A stretch of 64,000 bases of DNA. Source: Macrostomum hystrix. Lineage: Eukaryota > Animalia > Platyhelminthes. The stretch is taken from positions 496,001-560,000 of the forward strand of contig CATNEN010000038.1 of NCBI GenBank assembly GCA_950097015.1, read 5' to 3'. Shown here in pieces: positions 1 through 12,168 of this stretch. The position numbers and the translations under genes were made by a program. The stretch's first letter is position 1; every line of letters begins with the position of its first letter. The notes beneath the pieces are model-generated. The model was given only the letters and a program-made list of their open reading frames with translations. It had not been told where the DNA came from and did no database searches.

Positions 1-601
1 GGGTGTCTAACTACCTGTTAGACAGAGTGTCCCTAACTACCTGTTAGACAGTGGGTGTCTAACTACCTGTTAGACAGAGTGTCCCTAACTACCTGTTAGA
101 CAGTGGGTGTCTAACTACCTGTTAGACAGAGGGTCCCTAACTACCTGTTAGACAGAGGGTCCCTAACTACCTGTTAGACAGAGGGTCCCTAACTACCTGT
201 TAGACAGTGGATGTCTAACTACCTGTTAGACAGAGGGTGTCAAATTACCTATTAGACAGAGGGAGTCTAACAACCTGTTAGACAGTGGGTGTCTAACTAC
301 CTGTTAGACAGAGGGTCTCTAACTACCTATTAGACAGAGGGAGTCTAACAACCTGTTAGACAGTGGGTGTCTAACTACCTGTTAGACAGAGGGTCTCTAA
401 CTACCTATTAGACAGAGGGAGTCTAACAACCTGTTAGACAGTGGGTGTCTAACTACCTGTTAGACAGAGGGTCTCTAACTACCTATTAGACAAAGGGTGT
501 CTAACAACCTGTTAGACAGAGGGTCCCTAACTACCTGTTGGACAGAGGGTGCCTAACTACCTGTTAGACAGAGGGTCTCTAACTACCTGTTAGACAGAGG
601 G
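1..601. repeat. 26-bp tandem array with palindromic unit (GTCTAAC-TACCT-GTTAGAC), truncated by window start
   Basis: Unit ctaactacctgttagacagagggtcc repeated about 23 times with variants. Confidence 0.95.
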
Positions 602-1066
602 TAACAAAGATGCTTAACGAAAAAGTGCTTTGCCAGAAAGAGTAAGATCGTTACAAATTTAGCGCTAATCTTGCTATCTTACAGGGCGTCGCTTTTTGTT
701 CATTGGTTTTTCCCTTCTCTCAAGCCCAACCTTAGCAGCTGAGTACAGTGCTCAGAGTTAATTAAAACGAGCTCCGTCACAGAGTCCACAAGGTCACGCT
801 CCTGAATAGCGACTCGAGCTGAGGGGATACAGAAAAGGTCTAACACAATTTTGATGAATTCGGCTGATTAATTCCTAGGCCGGCTAAAAGGAAAGTAATT
901 TTTTAAATTTGTACTCTGACTGCTTAGCTGATTACCAAGACACAGATTAACTTCTGATGGACTCCAAAAACAAATCATTTTCTGATTTTCAGAAGCCCTG
1001 TCTCTATCATTATTAGGGCCGCTAGATGGTAAAAACTAGAATATCGATATCACAGACACTCGCTCA

Positions 1067-1310
1067 CTAACAGGTAGTTAGACACCCACTGTCTAACAGG
1101 TAGTTAGACACCCTCTGTCTAACAGGTAGTTAGACACCCACTGTCTAACAGGTAATTTGACACCCTCTGTCTAACAGGTAGTTAGACTCCCTCTGTCTAA
1201 TAGGTAGTTAGACATCCACTGTCTAACAGGTAGTTAGGGACACTCTGTCTAACAGGTAGTTAGGGACCCTCTGTCTAACAGGTAGTTAGGCACCCTCTGT
1301 CTAACAGGTA
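1067..1310. repeat. Inverted copy of the 26-bp array (about 9 units)
   Basis: ctaacaggtagttagacaccc... is the reverse complement of the 1-601 unit. Confidence 0.93.
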
Positions 1311-1830
1311 CTTTGTCAGCCACTGTTAGACGAACGCATTAAGTCCAATTCTCCCATCTCTGTTATTCGGGTGGGGCAACTAAAGCTGGGAAGACACTCT
1401 GGAGATGCCCTTTGGGGATTTGAGTATTGAAAGGCGACACCCATGGAGATTAGCGCCTCGCCCTGCCGTCCTGCCTTGACGAGAAATTAATTATGAAAGA
1501 ATTAAAGAAATGAACAGCGCATTTTCTGATTTCCCTGCAGACAAAGATTAATGTCGAATTAATATATCGTTCAAATTATCTACTTTTCTCTCGTCAGCAA
1601 TATTTATTTGACATAGATTCACCGTTTGACGATTCGTCCAATCAGAAACGGCGACGTTAACCCCTCTTACCCTTTCCAATCAGCCCAGCCAATAGGAGAT
1701 TGACAACGGCTCTAGAATGGAACCTGAGGTCGATCAATCCTCAAACCGAACCGACTGAAATCAGTAGATGGTCGATCCAGTCGCTTAGAAACGCCGAGAC
1801 ATCTCACCCCTGTCCTTCCCACCGGGAAAG

Positions 1831-2196
1831 GGGGTCGGTGGCAGAGCGGTTCACGCGTTTGCCTCTCGCACCACGGTCCTAAGTTCGATTCCACTGCGAG
1901 GCCACATTTATTTGGGGCGCAGCCGCGGAGATAAGGCTTGAGGGCTTGTCGTGCAATTTACGCCCTTGTGGGCCAACCTCCAAGGCACAGTGAAATGTAC
2001 ACTGCCTGACGATGAGAAAGTCAGGGCAGATGTACACACCTGTGTGAGCATATGCCTGCGTACAGTATCTGTGTGCGTGTGTGCTCAGGAGTTAGCGAAA
2101 TGGGTAGAATTGGCTCCATGCTGGTTGCGGGTTTAGTGTCACTAAATGATGTGCCATTGCCCGCAGCCCTCCTGCAATTATTATTAATATTATTAT
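1831..2196 (+). mobile_element. tRNA-derived SINE
   Basis: A-box-like tggcagagcgg, B-box agttcgattcc (about 1882-1892) and a (tta)n tail. Related partial copies at about 7700-7815 (+, body) and 59199-59258 (-, head). Confidence 0.75.
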
Positions 2197-2321
2197 CCCA
2201 CCGGGAAACTTCTAGATTCCAGTCGGTTTGGTTCGAGCATTGAGCACGGGCTTCATTCTGGGGTCTTTAGTGGACCCTTTACACCGCATTTTCACCGACC
2301 CCTGCCCTACTCGCATTGCAG

Positions 2322-5300
2322 AGTGGTCGCCAAGAGTCTCATTGAAGGTCAGGCAGTTGAGCCGGAGGAATTCGACGAGGTGACGATCTATTTCAGCGAT
2401 ATTGTCGGCTTCACAACCATCTCAGCTTTGAGCACACCGCTGCAGGTTGTTGACCTGCTGAATGATCTTTACACAATGTTCGATGCAACTCTCGAAGAGT
2501 ATGATGTTTACAAGGTAAGAAAAGCTCATTCTGACAATTGGGACCAGTGCATCTGGTACAGAAATAGAACAAAAGAAGTGATTAATAATTGAAGCAACAC
2601 ACCAGAGTGACACACCTGAAACACACCAGAGTGACACACCTGCAACACACCAGAGTGACACACCTGCAACACACCAGAGTGACACACCTGCAACACACCA
2701 GAGTGACACACCTGCAACACACAGAGTGACACACCTGCAACACACCAGAGTGACACACCTGCAACACACCAGAGTGACACACCTGCAACACACCAGAGTG
2801 ACACACCTGCAACACACAGAGTGACACACCTGCAACACACCAGAGTGACACACCTGCAACACACAGAGTGACACACCTGCAACACACCAGAGTGACACAC
2901 CTGCAACACACCAGAGTGACACACCTGCAACACACAGAGTGACACACCTGCAACACACCAGAGTGACACACCTGCAACACACCAGAGTGACACACCTGCA
3001 ACACACAGAGTGACACACCTGCAACACACCAGAGTGACACACCTGCAACACACCAGAGTGACACACCTGCAACACACCAGAGTGACACACCTGCAACACA
3101 CAGAGTGACACACCTGCAACACACCAGAGTGACACACCTGCAACACACCAGAGTGACACACCTGCAACACACCAGAGTGACACACCTGCAACACACAGAG
3201 TGACACACCTGCAACACACCAGAGTGACACACCTGCAACACACAGAGTGACACACCTGCAACACACCAGAGTGACACACCTGCAGCACACCAGAGTGACA
3301 CACCTGCAACACACCAGAGTGACACACCTGCAACACACAGAGTGACACACCTGCAACACACCAGAGTGACACACCTGCAACACACAGAGTGACACACCTG
3401 CAACACACCAGAGTGACACACCTGCAACACACCAGAGTGACACACCTGCAGCACACCAGAGTGACACACCTGCAACACACCAGAGTGACACACCTGCAAC
3501 ACACCAGAGTGACACACCTGCAACACACAGAGTGACACACCTGCAACACACCAGAGTGACACACCTGCAACACACCAGAGTGACACACCTGCAACACACC
3601 AGAGTGACACACCTGCAACACACCAGAGTGACACACCTGCAACACACCAGAGTGACACACCTGCAACACACCAGAGTGACACACCTGCAGCACACCAGAG
3701 TGACACACCTGCAGCACACCAGAGTGACACACCTGCAACACACCAGAGTGACACACCTGCAACACACAGAGTGACACACCTGCAACACACAGAGTGACAC
3801 ACCTGTCCCAAATCTCTCATTTTCCTCACGCAGGTGGAGACCATTGGTGACGCGTACATGGTGGTTTCAGGCCTGCCAACTCGCAACGGCAATCGCCACG
3901 CTGGTGAGATTGCAACCGTGGCGCTGGACCTGCTCTCCCGCTGCGGCACCTTCACCATTCGCCACATGCCGGACATTCCACTGAGACTGCGCATTGGCCT
4001 GCACACCGGCAGCTGCGTGGCCGGGGTCGTCGGCCTCACCATGCCCAGGTGCAGCTATGACCCATTTCGTTGTGACCAATTTCTTTATGAAATAGATTCC
4101 TAAATGACCTGATTCCTAGATGACCTGATTCCTAGATGACCTGATTCCTAGATGACCTGATTCCTAGATGACCTGATTCCTAGATGACCTGATTCCTAGA
4201 TCACCTGATTCTTAAATGACCTGATTCCTAAATGACCTGATTCTTAAATGACCTGATTCCTAAATGACCTGGTTCCTAGATGACCTGATTCCTAAATGAC
4301 CTGATTCTTAAATGACCTGATTCCTAGATGGCCTGATTCCTAGATGACCTGATTCCGAGATGACCTGATTCCTATATGACCTGATTCCTAGATGACCTGA
4401 TTCCTAAATGACCTGATTCCTAGATGACCTGATTCCTAGATGACCTGATTCCTAAATGACCTGGTTCCTAGATGACTTGATTCCTAAATGACCTGATTCC
4501 TAGATGACCTGATTCCTAAATGACCTGATTCCTAAATGACCTGATTCCTAAATGACCTGATTCCTATATGACCTGATTCCTAGATGACCTGATTCCTAAA
4601 TGACCTGATTCCTAGATGACCTGATTCCTAGATGACCTGATTCCTAGATGACCTGATTCCTAGATGACCTGATTCCTAGATGACCTGATTCTTAAATGAC
4701 CTGATTCCTAAATGACCTGATTCTTAAATGACCTGATTCCTAAATGACCTGGTTCCTAGATGACCTGATTCCTAGATGACCTGATTCCTAGATGACCTGA
4801 TTCGGAGATGACCTGATTCTTAAATGACCTGATTCCTAGATGGCCTGATTCCTAGATGACCTGATTCCTAAATGACCTGATTCCTAAATGACCTGATTCC
4901 TAGATGACCTGATTCCTAAATGACCTGATTCCTAGATGACCTGATTCCTAAAAATGACCTGATTCCTAGATGACCTGATTCCTAGATGACCTGATTCCTA
5001 AATGACCTGATTCCTAAATGACCTGATTCGCAGATGACCTGATTCCTAAATGACCTGATTCCTAAATGACCTGATTCCTAAATGACCTGATTCCTAGATG
5101 ACCTGATTCCGAGATGACCTGATTCCTAAATGACCTGATTCCTAGATGACCTGATTCCTAAATGACCTGATTCCTAAATGACCTGATTCCTAGATGACCT
5201 GATTCCTAGATGGCCTGATTCCTAGATGACCTGATTCCTAGATGACCTGATTCCTAAATTAAATGATTCCTAAATGGCCAGATTGTTAAATGACCTGATT

Positions 5301-7024
5301 CCTAGATGACCTGATTCCTAGATTACCTGATTCCTAGATGACCTGATACCTAAATGACCTGATTCCTAGATGACCTGATTCCTAGATGACCTGATTCCTA
5401 GATGGCCTGATTCCTAGATGACCTGATTCCTAGATGACCTGATTCCTAAATAAATGATTCCTAAATGGCCAGATTGTTAAATGACCAGATTGAATTGTCA
5501 GTAATCGACAATAATTGAAAAAATTCAGTGCAATTTTTGGCCAATAAAAATGTACGAATGAGCCACAACTCATCAGGTACTGCCTCTTCGGCGACACCGT
5601 GAACACTGCCAGCCGGATGGAATCCACTGGGGCCGCGTTTCGCATCCACGTCAGCCCATTCACCAAAGCCGTGCTGGACGACCTTGGCGGCTACCGGCTG
5701 CAGCCGCGGGGCCAAGTTGAACTCAAAGGCCGCGGCATGGTTGAGTCATTCTGGCTGGTCGGCAAGGAGGGCTTCGAGAAGCCGCTGCCAGAGCCGCCGG
5801 AGATCTTGGAGGGCGCCGACAATCACGGGTAAGTGACACAGAGTGACACCCAGTCCCAAGCCAGAGTGACACCCAGTCCCAAGCCAGAGTGACACCCAGT
5901 CCCAAGCCAGAGTGACACCCAGTCCCAAGCCAGAGTGACACCCAGTCCCAAGCCAGAGTGACACCCAGTCCCAAACCAGAGTGACACCCAGTCCCAAACC
6001 AGAGTGACACCCAGTCCCAAACCAGAGTGACACCCAGTCCCAAGCCAGAGTGACACCCAGTCCCAAACCAGAGTGACACCCAGTCCCAAACCAGAGTGAC
6101 ACCCAGTCCCAAACCAGAGTGACACCCAGTCCCAAACCAGAGTGACACCCAGTCCCAAAACCAGAGTGACAACCCAGTCCCAAACCAGAGTGACACCCCA
6201 GTCCCAAAACCAGAGTGACAACCCAGTCCCAAACCAGAGTGACACCCAGTCCCAAAACCAGAGTGACAACCCAGTCCCAAAACCAGAGTGACACCCCAGT
6301 CCCAAAACCAGAGTGACACCCAGTCCCAAACCAGAGTGACACCCAGTCCCAAAACCAGAGTGACACCCAGTCCCAAACCAGAGTGACACCCCAGTCCCAG
6401 AACCAGAGTGACAACCCAGTCCCAAACCAGAGTGACACCCAGTCCCAAGTCAGAGTGACAGCCAGTCCCAAGCCAGAGTGACACCCTGTCCCAAGCCAGA
6501 GTGACACCCTGTCCCAAGCCAGAGTGACAACCCAGTTCCAAACCAGAGTGACACCCAGTCCCAAAACCAGAGTGACAACCCAGTCCCAAACCAGAGTGAC
6601 ACCCCAGTCCCAAAACCAGAGTGACACCCAGTCCCAAACCAGAGTGACACCCCAGTTCCAAACCAGAGTGACACCCCAGCCCCAAGCCAGAGTGACACCT
6701 CAGTCCCAAACCAGAGTGACACCCAGTCCCAAGCCAGAGTGACAGCTGATCCCATCCTACTGGTGAAGCCCCAACTCGAATCTTTTTAGCTTGGCCTCTC
6801 TGGGATTGAAGAAGCCGCCCACCCAGGTAGCTGCAGTCCAGTCTCCGACTCCGTCGCCAGTTCCGCGATCTTCACTCGGTCGCCGACCAGTCTCAGCAAG
6901 GGACAACAGCAAGCGGTCAGAACCAGCTGATCCGAATGGAGACCGCACAATGGTCAGTCCGACTGACGACCTGTCCTCAGCTGGCAGCATTCGCAACGGC
7001 AAAAATTTGGCACCGGTGGAGTGA
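2322..7024 (+). CDS. Receptor-type (natriuretic peptide receptor/GUCY2-like) guanylyl cyclase, catalytic domain and C-terminus; 5' exons lie outside the window
   Basis: Exons 2322-2514, 3834-4048, 5577-5828, 6790-7024 with phase-consistent GT-AG sites. Motifs [55 protein letters not shown] (E and C residues give GTP specificity). Confidence 0.95.
2594..3805. repeat. 24/23-bp intronic minisatellite (gcaacacaccagagtgacacacct)
   Basis: About 50 near-perfect copies filling the cyclase intron. Confidence 0.97.
4096..5460. repeat. 16-bp intronic minisatellite (gattcctagatgacct)
   Basis: About 85 copies with a/g variants. Confidence 0.97.
5833..6744. repeat. 23-25-bp intronic minisatellite (ccagagtgacacccagtcccaag)
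   Basis: Starts immediately after the splice donor and shares CCAGAGTGACAC with the 2594-3805 array. Confidence 0.97.
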
Positions 7025-7815
7025 AAATTGTCTGAATATAAATTCATTGAATTTTTCTAGTCGTTCACTGGCAGATTCTCCTACTTCAAGTAGAAATGAA
7101 GGCAAGTGGTTGTATTTTTTTAAGTCACGATTTACAATTTCTCGAATTTGGAATGCGAATATTGACAAATTATTTTCATTAATTTTATTGGAATTTTTTG
7201 TGAAGGTCTCAACTAAAAATTTAATATGAGTTTGACATTGTAATAATTTATTATTTATTCTACAATCAATTTTGCATGTTTAAGTTCTCTGTGTTTCATA
7301 TGCTTGTACCTACTAATCGTATTTTAAATTGCTTTTTTCGTTGTAAAACAGCAATAATTTACACAAAAGTTATATACTTGTTCTGCATTCTGTGGGCTGT
7401 CTTTCAATCACTCTCTTTAGATATTCGTTATTTTAATATTTCGTATTTTTTAAGTAAAATAATAATTATTCGTGTAAGTATAAGTAACTAGTGGTTGTTT
7501 TAATGTGCAAAAACATTTACTTTTTGTTAACTCATTGCACGCAAAAATTGTGTAGTTATTTTTACAGTTTACGAATTGACATGTGCAAAAAATGTTTTAA
7601 CTTAATCAATGTAATACTAGATTGTCATTTGACCTTTTCTTTTATATTTCGGAGCAGAACTGGAGGAGCCTCTCTCACCAAGGCTGCACATTCATTTGCA
7701 GGGGTCCTCGTCACGGAGAGAAGGCTTTGGGTGCTTGTCGTACAATTTTATGTCAGCTCTGTTCACTGTACACTGTCTGAAAATGAGAATGGTGTGCTGG
7801 CTGCGGGTCCTAGTT

Positions 7816-9500
7816 GGGGGCGAACGTAGTATTGAGCCGCGAGGCGCGAAGCGCCGAGCACCGAGGCCCCGGCAGAGGCCGAGGGGCGAAATCGGAGTGA
7901 GCCCCACCTAAGATCCAGCGTACGTACTGAGATAGAAAACACCTCGAAAATCACGCATTTTCAAAGTATATTGGGCGCCATTTGAGACTGCCTCAACCGT
8001 TTGCCTCGCGGGTGGTGTCGTTGGGTAGGTAACTTATAGGGTTATCTGATTTATGGCGGTTGGTTGCCATGTCAACGGAAAACTGCCATTTTTGGAAATC
8101 GATCTTACGCAAACTCATTTCCAGCGCTCATTTTTTCTGGCACGGAGAAAAGTTGAGACACAAAAGTTGCGGGCAGGCCTGGCCCAGGCGAGGTAGGAAA
8201 GCGATTTTTTAATTTCCTCATAGTTTATGGTAAAAGTGCAAAAAACATACTTTTTGGTACTGCTTTTTTGGGTTACATTTTCCAGCGCAGCTCCCCAAGG
8301 GCTGAATCGATTGTCACGCCGGTGGTGTCGTTTTTTCTACTCGGTGAGTTCTTTCCAGCGAGGTGTGAGTCAACGGACTGCAAGTGTACCGCGCGCCTGA
8401 TATCTGATGAAGCAAGTGTAAAATCTGGCGCAGCCAGATTTTACACTTGCGTGCTGCACGATACTGCAGCTGAATGGCAGGTAGTTGCACTGCGCAAGTG
8501 GTGTCAAAAATTCGGCACGGATGCCTGCTACACAACGCTATGCAAGGCGACTCTATACGATGCACGGTTATCAAGCAGTACTTGGAAATGCAGTGCAAAA
8601 CGTGCATTTTTGCCGTTTTCTCGAAAATGCATGCCGACCTTGGTGGAGTCAAAAAAATTTTTTCGAAGACAAACAGTAGGACAGCTTAGCCGCAAGCAAT
8701 GTAGTGTGCACAACATTAGGGCACATGACATACTGAGTCGGCGTTGATAAAAGTACATCGCAAGTGTACTAAAAGTACATAAGTGCACATGCACTTTAGT
8801 GAAAAATTAGTATTTTTCTCCTTTTGACGCGCGCATTTCGCGAAATCCGGCTCCGAATTTGTCGAATGGTGCGTCAATCTACTGGAAATATTGTTTTGCG
8901 TCTAACAAGATATTGCGCGCACCTTTCGGCCCTACCCGGGCTGAGAAAGTCGATCCACCCAGACTAGGGAAAGGTCGGGTTCGGGACCGGTGCAGACCTT
9001 GCTGTGCTCAAACCTACAGCTGGAGGCGAAAAGGGCGTAATTCTCCTTGAGCTTGGTATTGAAAGATGCACATTCCATGTGGGTATATGGGAAAAATACT
9101 GCCGTCGCTACACGTATTACCTGTTAGGATTAGTACCTGAAAATGTAATTATGCACAGCATGTACATTGTGCATATTTGTGTGTACTTTTGTGTATAAGT
9201 CTGCGAATTATTGATGGATTTGAGCGCGGATGGCTTCAATCGACGCGGAATGTTGTCTACATTCCAACGACATGTCACACGGCTAGATTGGTTAACGTGT
9301 GTCGTGTCTGGATCCTATTGAGTACATGAAGGTAAGGGGTACAAATTTTGGACACTATCATTTTTGAAGCATCCGTTATTTGCTATTGAAAGATTTTGCA
9401 AGTTCCGATGATGATAAACAGTATCTGTGGTAGTTAAACTTTTTGTGGTTGCTTCCCGTTTGGCAAGCGGTTTTCATTTTGATGATTAAATCCTAAATGA
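7816..9500. mobile_element. Possible non-autonomous DNA transposon (boundaries uncertain)
   Basis: Abrupt CpG-rich non-coding block starting with gcgaggcgcgaagcgccgagc inside AT-rich DNA. No TIR or TSD confirmed. Confidence 0.3.
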
Positions 9501-10525
9501 TTGCTACTTTTTTAGTTTTTTCAATGATAAACCGACCGCCTTGCAGAAAATGCTTGCGTCGAGATTTTTGAATAGCTTTTATTAAAACAAGTGCATATTC
9601 AGTTTGTGCATTTTTAGTGCATCTAAATGCAGGAAGGAATGTAGCAGTCAGTAGAAATCCCTTTATGTTGTATTCGCTTTTAGCGCACGAGTTTTGTTGA
9701 TTGAACGTTTTATTTCTACTTTGTTGCTGGAACGCGGTCGCCTCGAATTCAAAATCCTATCCCGCAGTGCAATTATTTTTATTTAGTTACTTTTTCATAT
9801 CTGCTAATTGTATCTTTGCTTATTACCCATATTTGATCCTGTACACATTTAAGTAGGGTAATGCTTAACTGCATTAAACAAGGTCACTTTTTTATTGGCA
9901 AAATATGTTCACTCAGATAAATGACAAGTGAAAAGTGGAAAAATCCACCCATTCCATTCATTAATTCCACCCATTCCATTCTTATAATGGCAGCCTGCAA
10001 CACCATGAAAGATGCATCATGCAAGCCGACTATATCTATAAAACTATGATATAAATATATCAACATATTCTGATTTCTACATGTTTGTATCATATAAATA
10101 AAGTGTTCAACTTTTTGCCTTAATGTTTTAAGTTTTAATAGTAATGTATGTTTCCAATTATTCTTTTCTGCATCTTAATGTATGCTGATCAATGGCATAC
10201 ATGTTACTTGTAAGTGTTTGATGTAGATTGTATTTTTATTATTATTTTTCAAATCTTTCGATGTAAATAAACCTTATCAATGAATTATATTAAGGAACTT
10301 ATTTTATTAGTATGTTAAATGTTCTTTTTATCCTTCATGTAATAATTAGTAGTTTTCTTTTAAATTTGTAGTTATAACATTTGTTTTAATTTTCTCCGCC
10401 ACACCAATCTTTTTAGATAAATAGGAGCGATTTTCACGTCATCAAATATAACATTGTCTTTGGCGATAAAAATATTCAACATAAAAAGCCATTTTAACTA
10501 GTGTTTCTGAAATTAATAACTTCGT

Positions 10526-10809
10526 GTTTATTATTTGAACGAGGATTAGAACTGTATTAGTTCGATCCAAATTTGAACTGTACTGCAGTACTAGTAAAAT
10601 AATTGATAAGTTATATCAACGTATTGTTGATTTAGCTAAGACGTATTGTCTTTATTTAGGATATATCAACGTATTGTTGATATAATTAAGGCGTATTGCC
10701 TTACTGTTTAGAGTGTATTACTCAAGACAGATAACTATATTGAAATCATACGTAATGTATGATCAGTAAAGTATAAGTATACAATTCCCGACTGTATTAA
10801 GAAGGAATT
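10526..10809. other. Array of about 8 short hairpins sharing a GTATT loop
   Basis: gaact-GTATT-agttc, atcaac-GTATT-gttgat, aagac-GTATT-gtctt, tatatcaac-GTATT-gttgatata, taaggc-GTATT-gcctta, ctgtttagagt-GTATT-actcaagacag, atcatac-GTAAT-gtatgat. Confidence 0.85.
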
Positions 10810-10842
10810 CCCACTCCTCCAGTCTACTGATCGTGGCTACTG

Positions 10843-10929
10843 GGCAACTTCAATCCACCGCGCAAAGCCCCGGAAGACTGGAATTAGAATATTAGGGAGT
10901 GCCTTACCGCTCGGGCACATTCAGCTACC
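10843..10929 (-). other. Degenerate tRNA-Leu-like sequence (SINE head or tRNA pseudogene)
   Basis: Minus strand GGTAGC..TGCCCGAGCGGTAAGGCAC..TCCAGTCTTCCGGGG..GGTGGATTGAA resembles the tRNA-Leu 5' end, D arm and variable arm. No intact cloverleaf. Confidence 0.5.
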
Positions 10930-12168
10930 ATAGGTAACACGTACTTACTCACGTGAGACCAAAATTACAAAACATAGAAATTAGGGCAAATAAAAACCGC
11001 ACAGCAAGAACGACTGCTACATGTTGCATTTTACTGACTGCTTCTTTGACTGTTTAATGTGTTTGTCTGTGTGTTTTGTATTTTGCTGGAGCATTGCATT
11101 TATGTTGCAACTTGCCTTTGCAACATCGTTTTTCTATATTTTATCTTTGGTTGTACCAATTGCCAAAATTTATAATAAATGGATAACAATGTAAGCAAGT
11201 CAAGTTTATTGTCTGCTCTTTGTTGTTTATTCTGCTCTTTGTTGTTTGTTCTCCGATATATATATCGGAGCGGGAGCTGGGAGAGCGAAGCAGGAAAGCA
11301 GAAAGGCGATACAAAGTCGCTACAAATCTATTGTAAATTTAGGCTGCACCATTACCTTGCCTCTACCCCCACGCTGTTCGCCCCCACGTAAAAGACTGCA
11401 GTCTTCTTACTAACTAGTGTTACCCACGCTAATAACGAGCAAGCCTGTCTGTATACCTATATCCTCTACGTCGCCAAAAACAATACTCGTCATCGCCTAC
11501 TATTACCGTCATTGTCTGAGTGCTACCGCTACACAAATCTTCACCGTGTGTCGTTATTTATTTCACCTGTGTCCACACCGAGAGCGTCTCAGGCGAATAG
11601 TTGCAGACAACAAATTAACTGCGAGTACAATGCCTTCACTGCAAACTACAATACTTCAGATAAGGTTTACACCTTAACAATACCAAAAGCATACAAGTTA
11701 AAAAATCGGTCTTATACTCGTATTACAATTTATTGAACGAAAAAGTTGTTACATATTACACATTTAATGTTTCTCATTAATTGTATTATACATTTAATGT
11801 TTACGTAGAGATAAATAAAGAAAAATTAAAAGGCTCAAGCAATTAACAGCAACATCACTGTCATAATCATAATTTTATTCTTTTATTTGATTCCCTCTGC
11901 CCTGTACCTTTCGTGAGCAATCAATTTAGACTCATATTTTCAACTCTTCTGCACTTCCATGCACAGCAATTTTTGTTAATAAGCATGATTATTATGATTA
12001 TTAATATATTTTGAACAAAAGAGCAATAAGCACCTGTAATGATAGTAAGTACATAACAATAATAACAAGCAATTTCAAAGTCACTTGTTGCGTCCCCACA
12101 GTCCATGGACAGAACGGTCAGTTGCACTTCCGATCCCATTACTTTTATCGTTACATTTTTCTTTGACT

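Noticed and set aside
1831-1905. Functional tRNA genes here or at 10843-10929, 39985-40030, 46570-46615 and 63650-63724
   Set aside because: A/B-box-like motifs are present but acceptor and anticodon stems do not pair; treated as SINE heads or relics.
1986-2044. Possible hammerhead ribozyme (CTGACGA...GAAA) in the SINE hairpin
   Set aside because: Only 3 nt lie between CUGACGA and GAAA, so stem II cannot form, and the core bases are paired in a simple hairpin.
2422-4042. Long 420-490-aa minus-strand ORFs (and similar ones at 5723-6709, 15241-17341, 17502-18656, 35641-36240, 41035-41849, 45590-46535 and 47356-48093)
   Set aside because: They are stop-free translations of tandem repeats, open in several frames at once, and mostly intronic; not genes.
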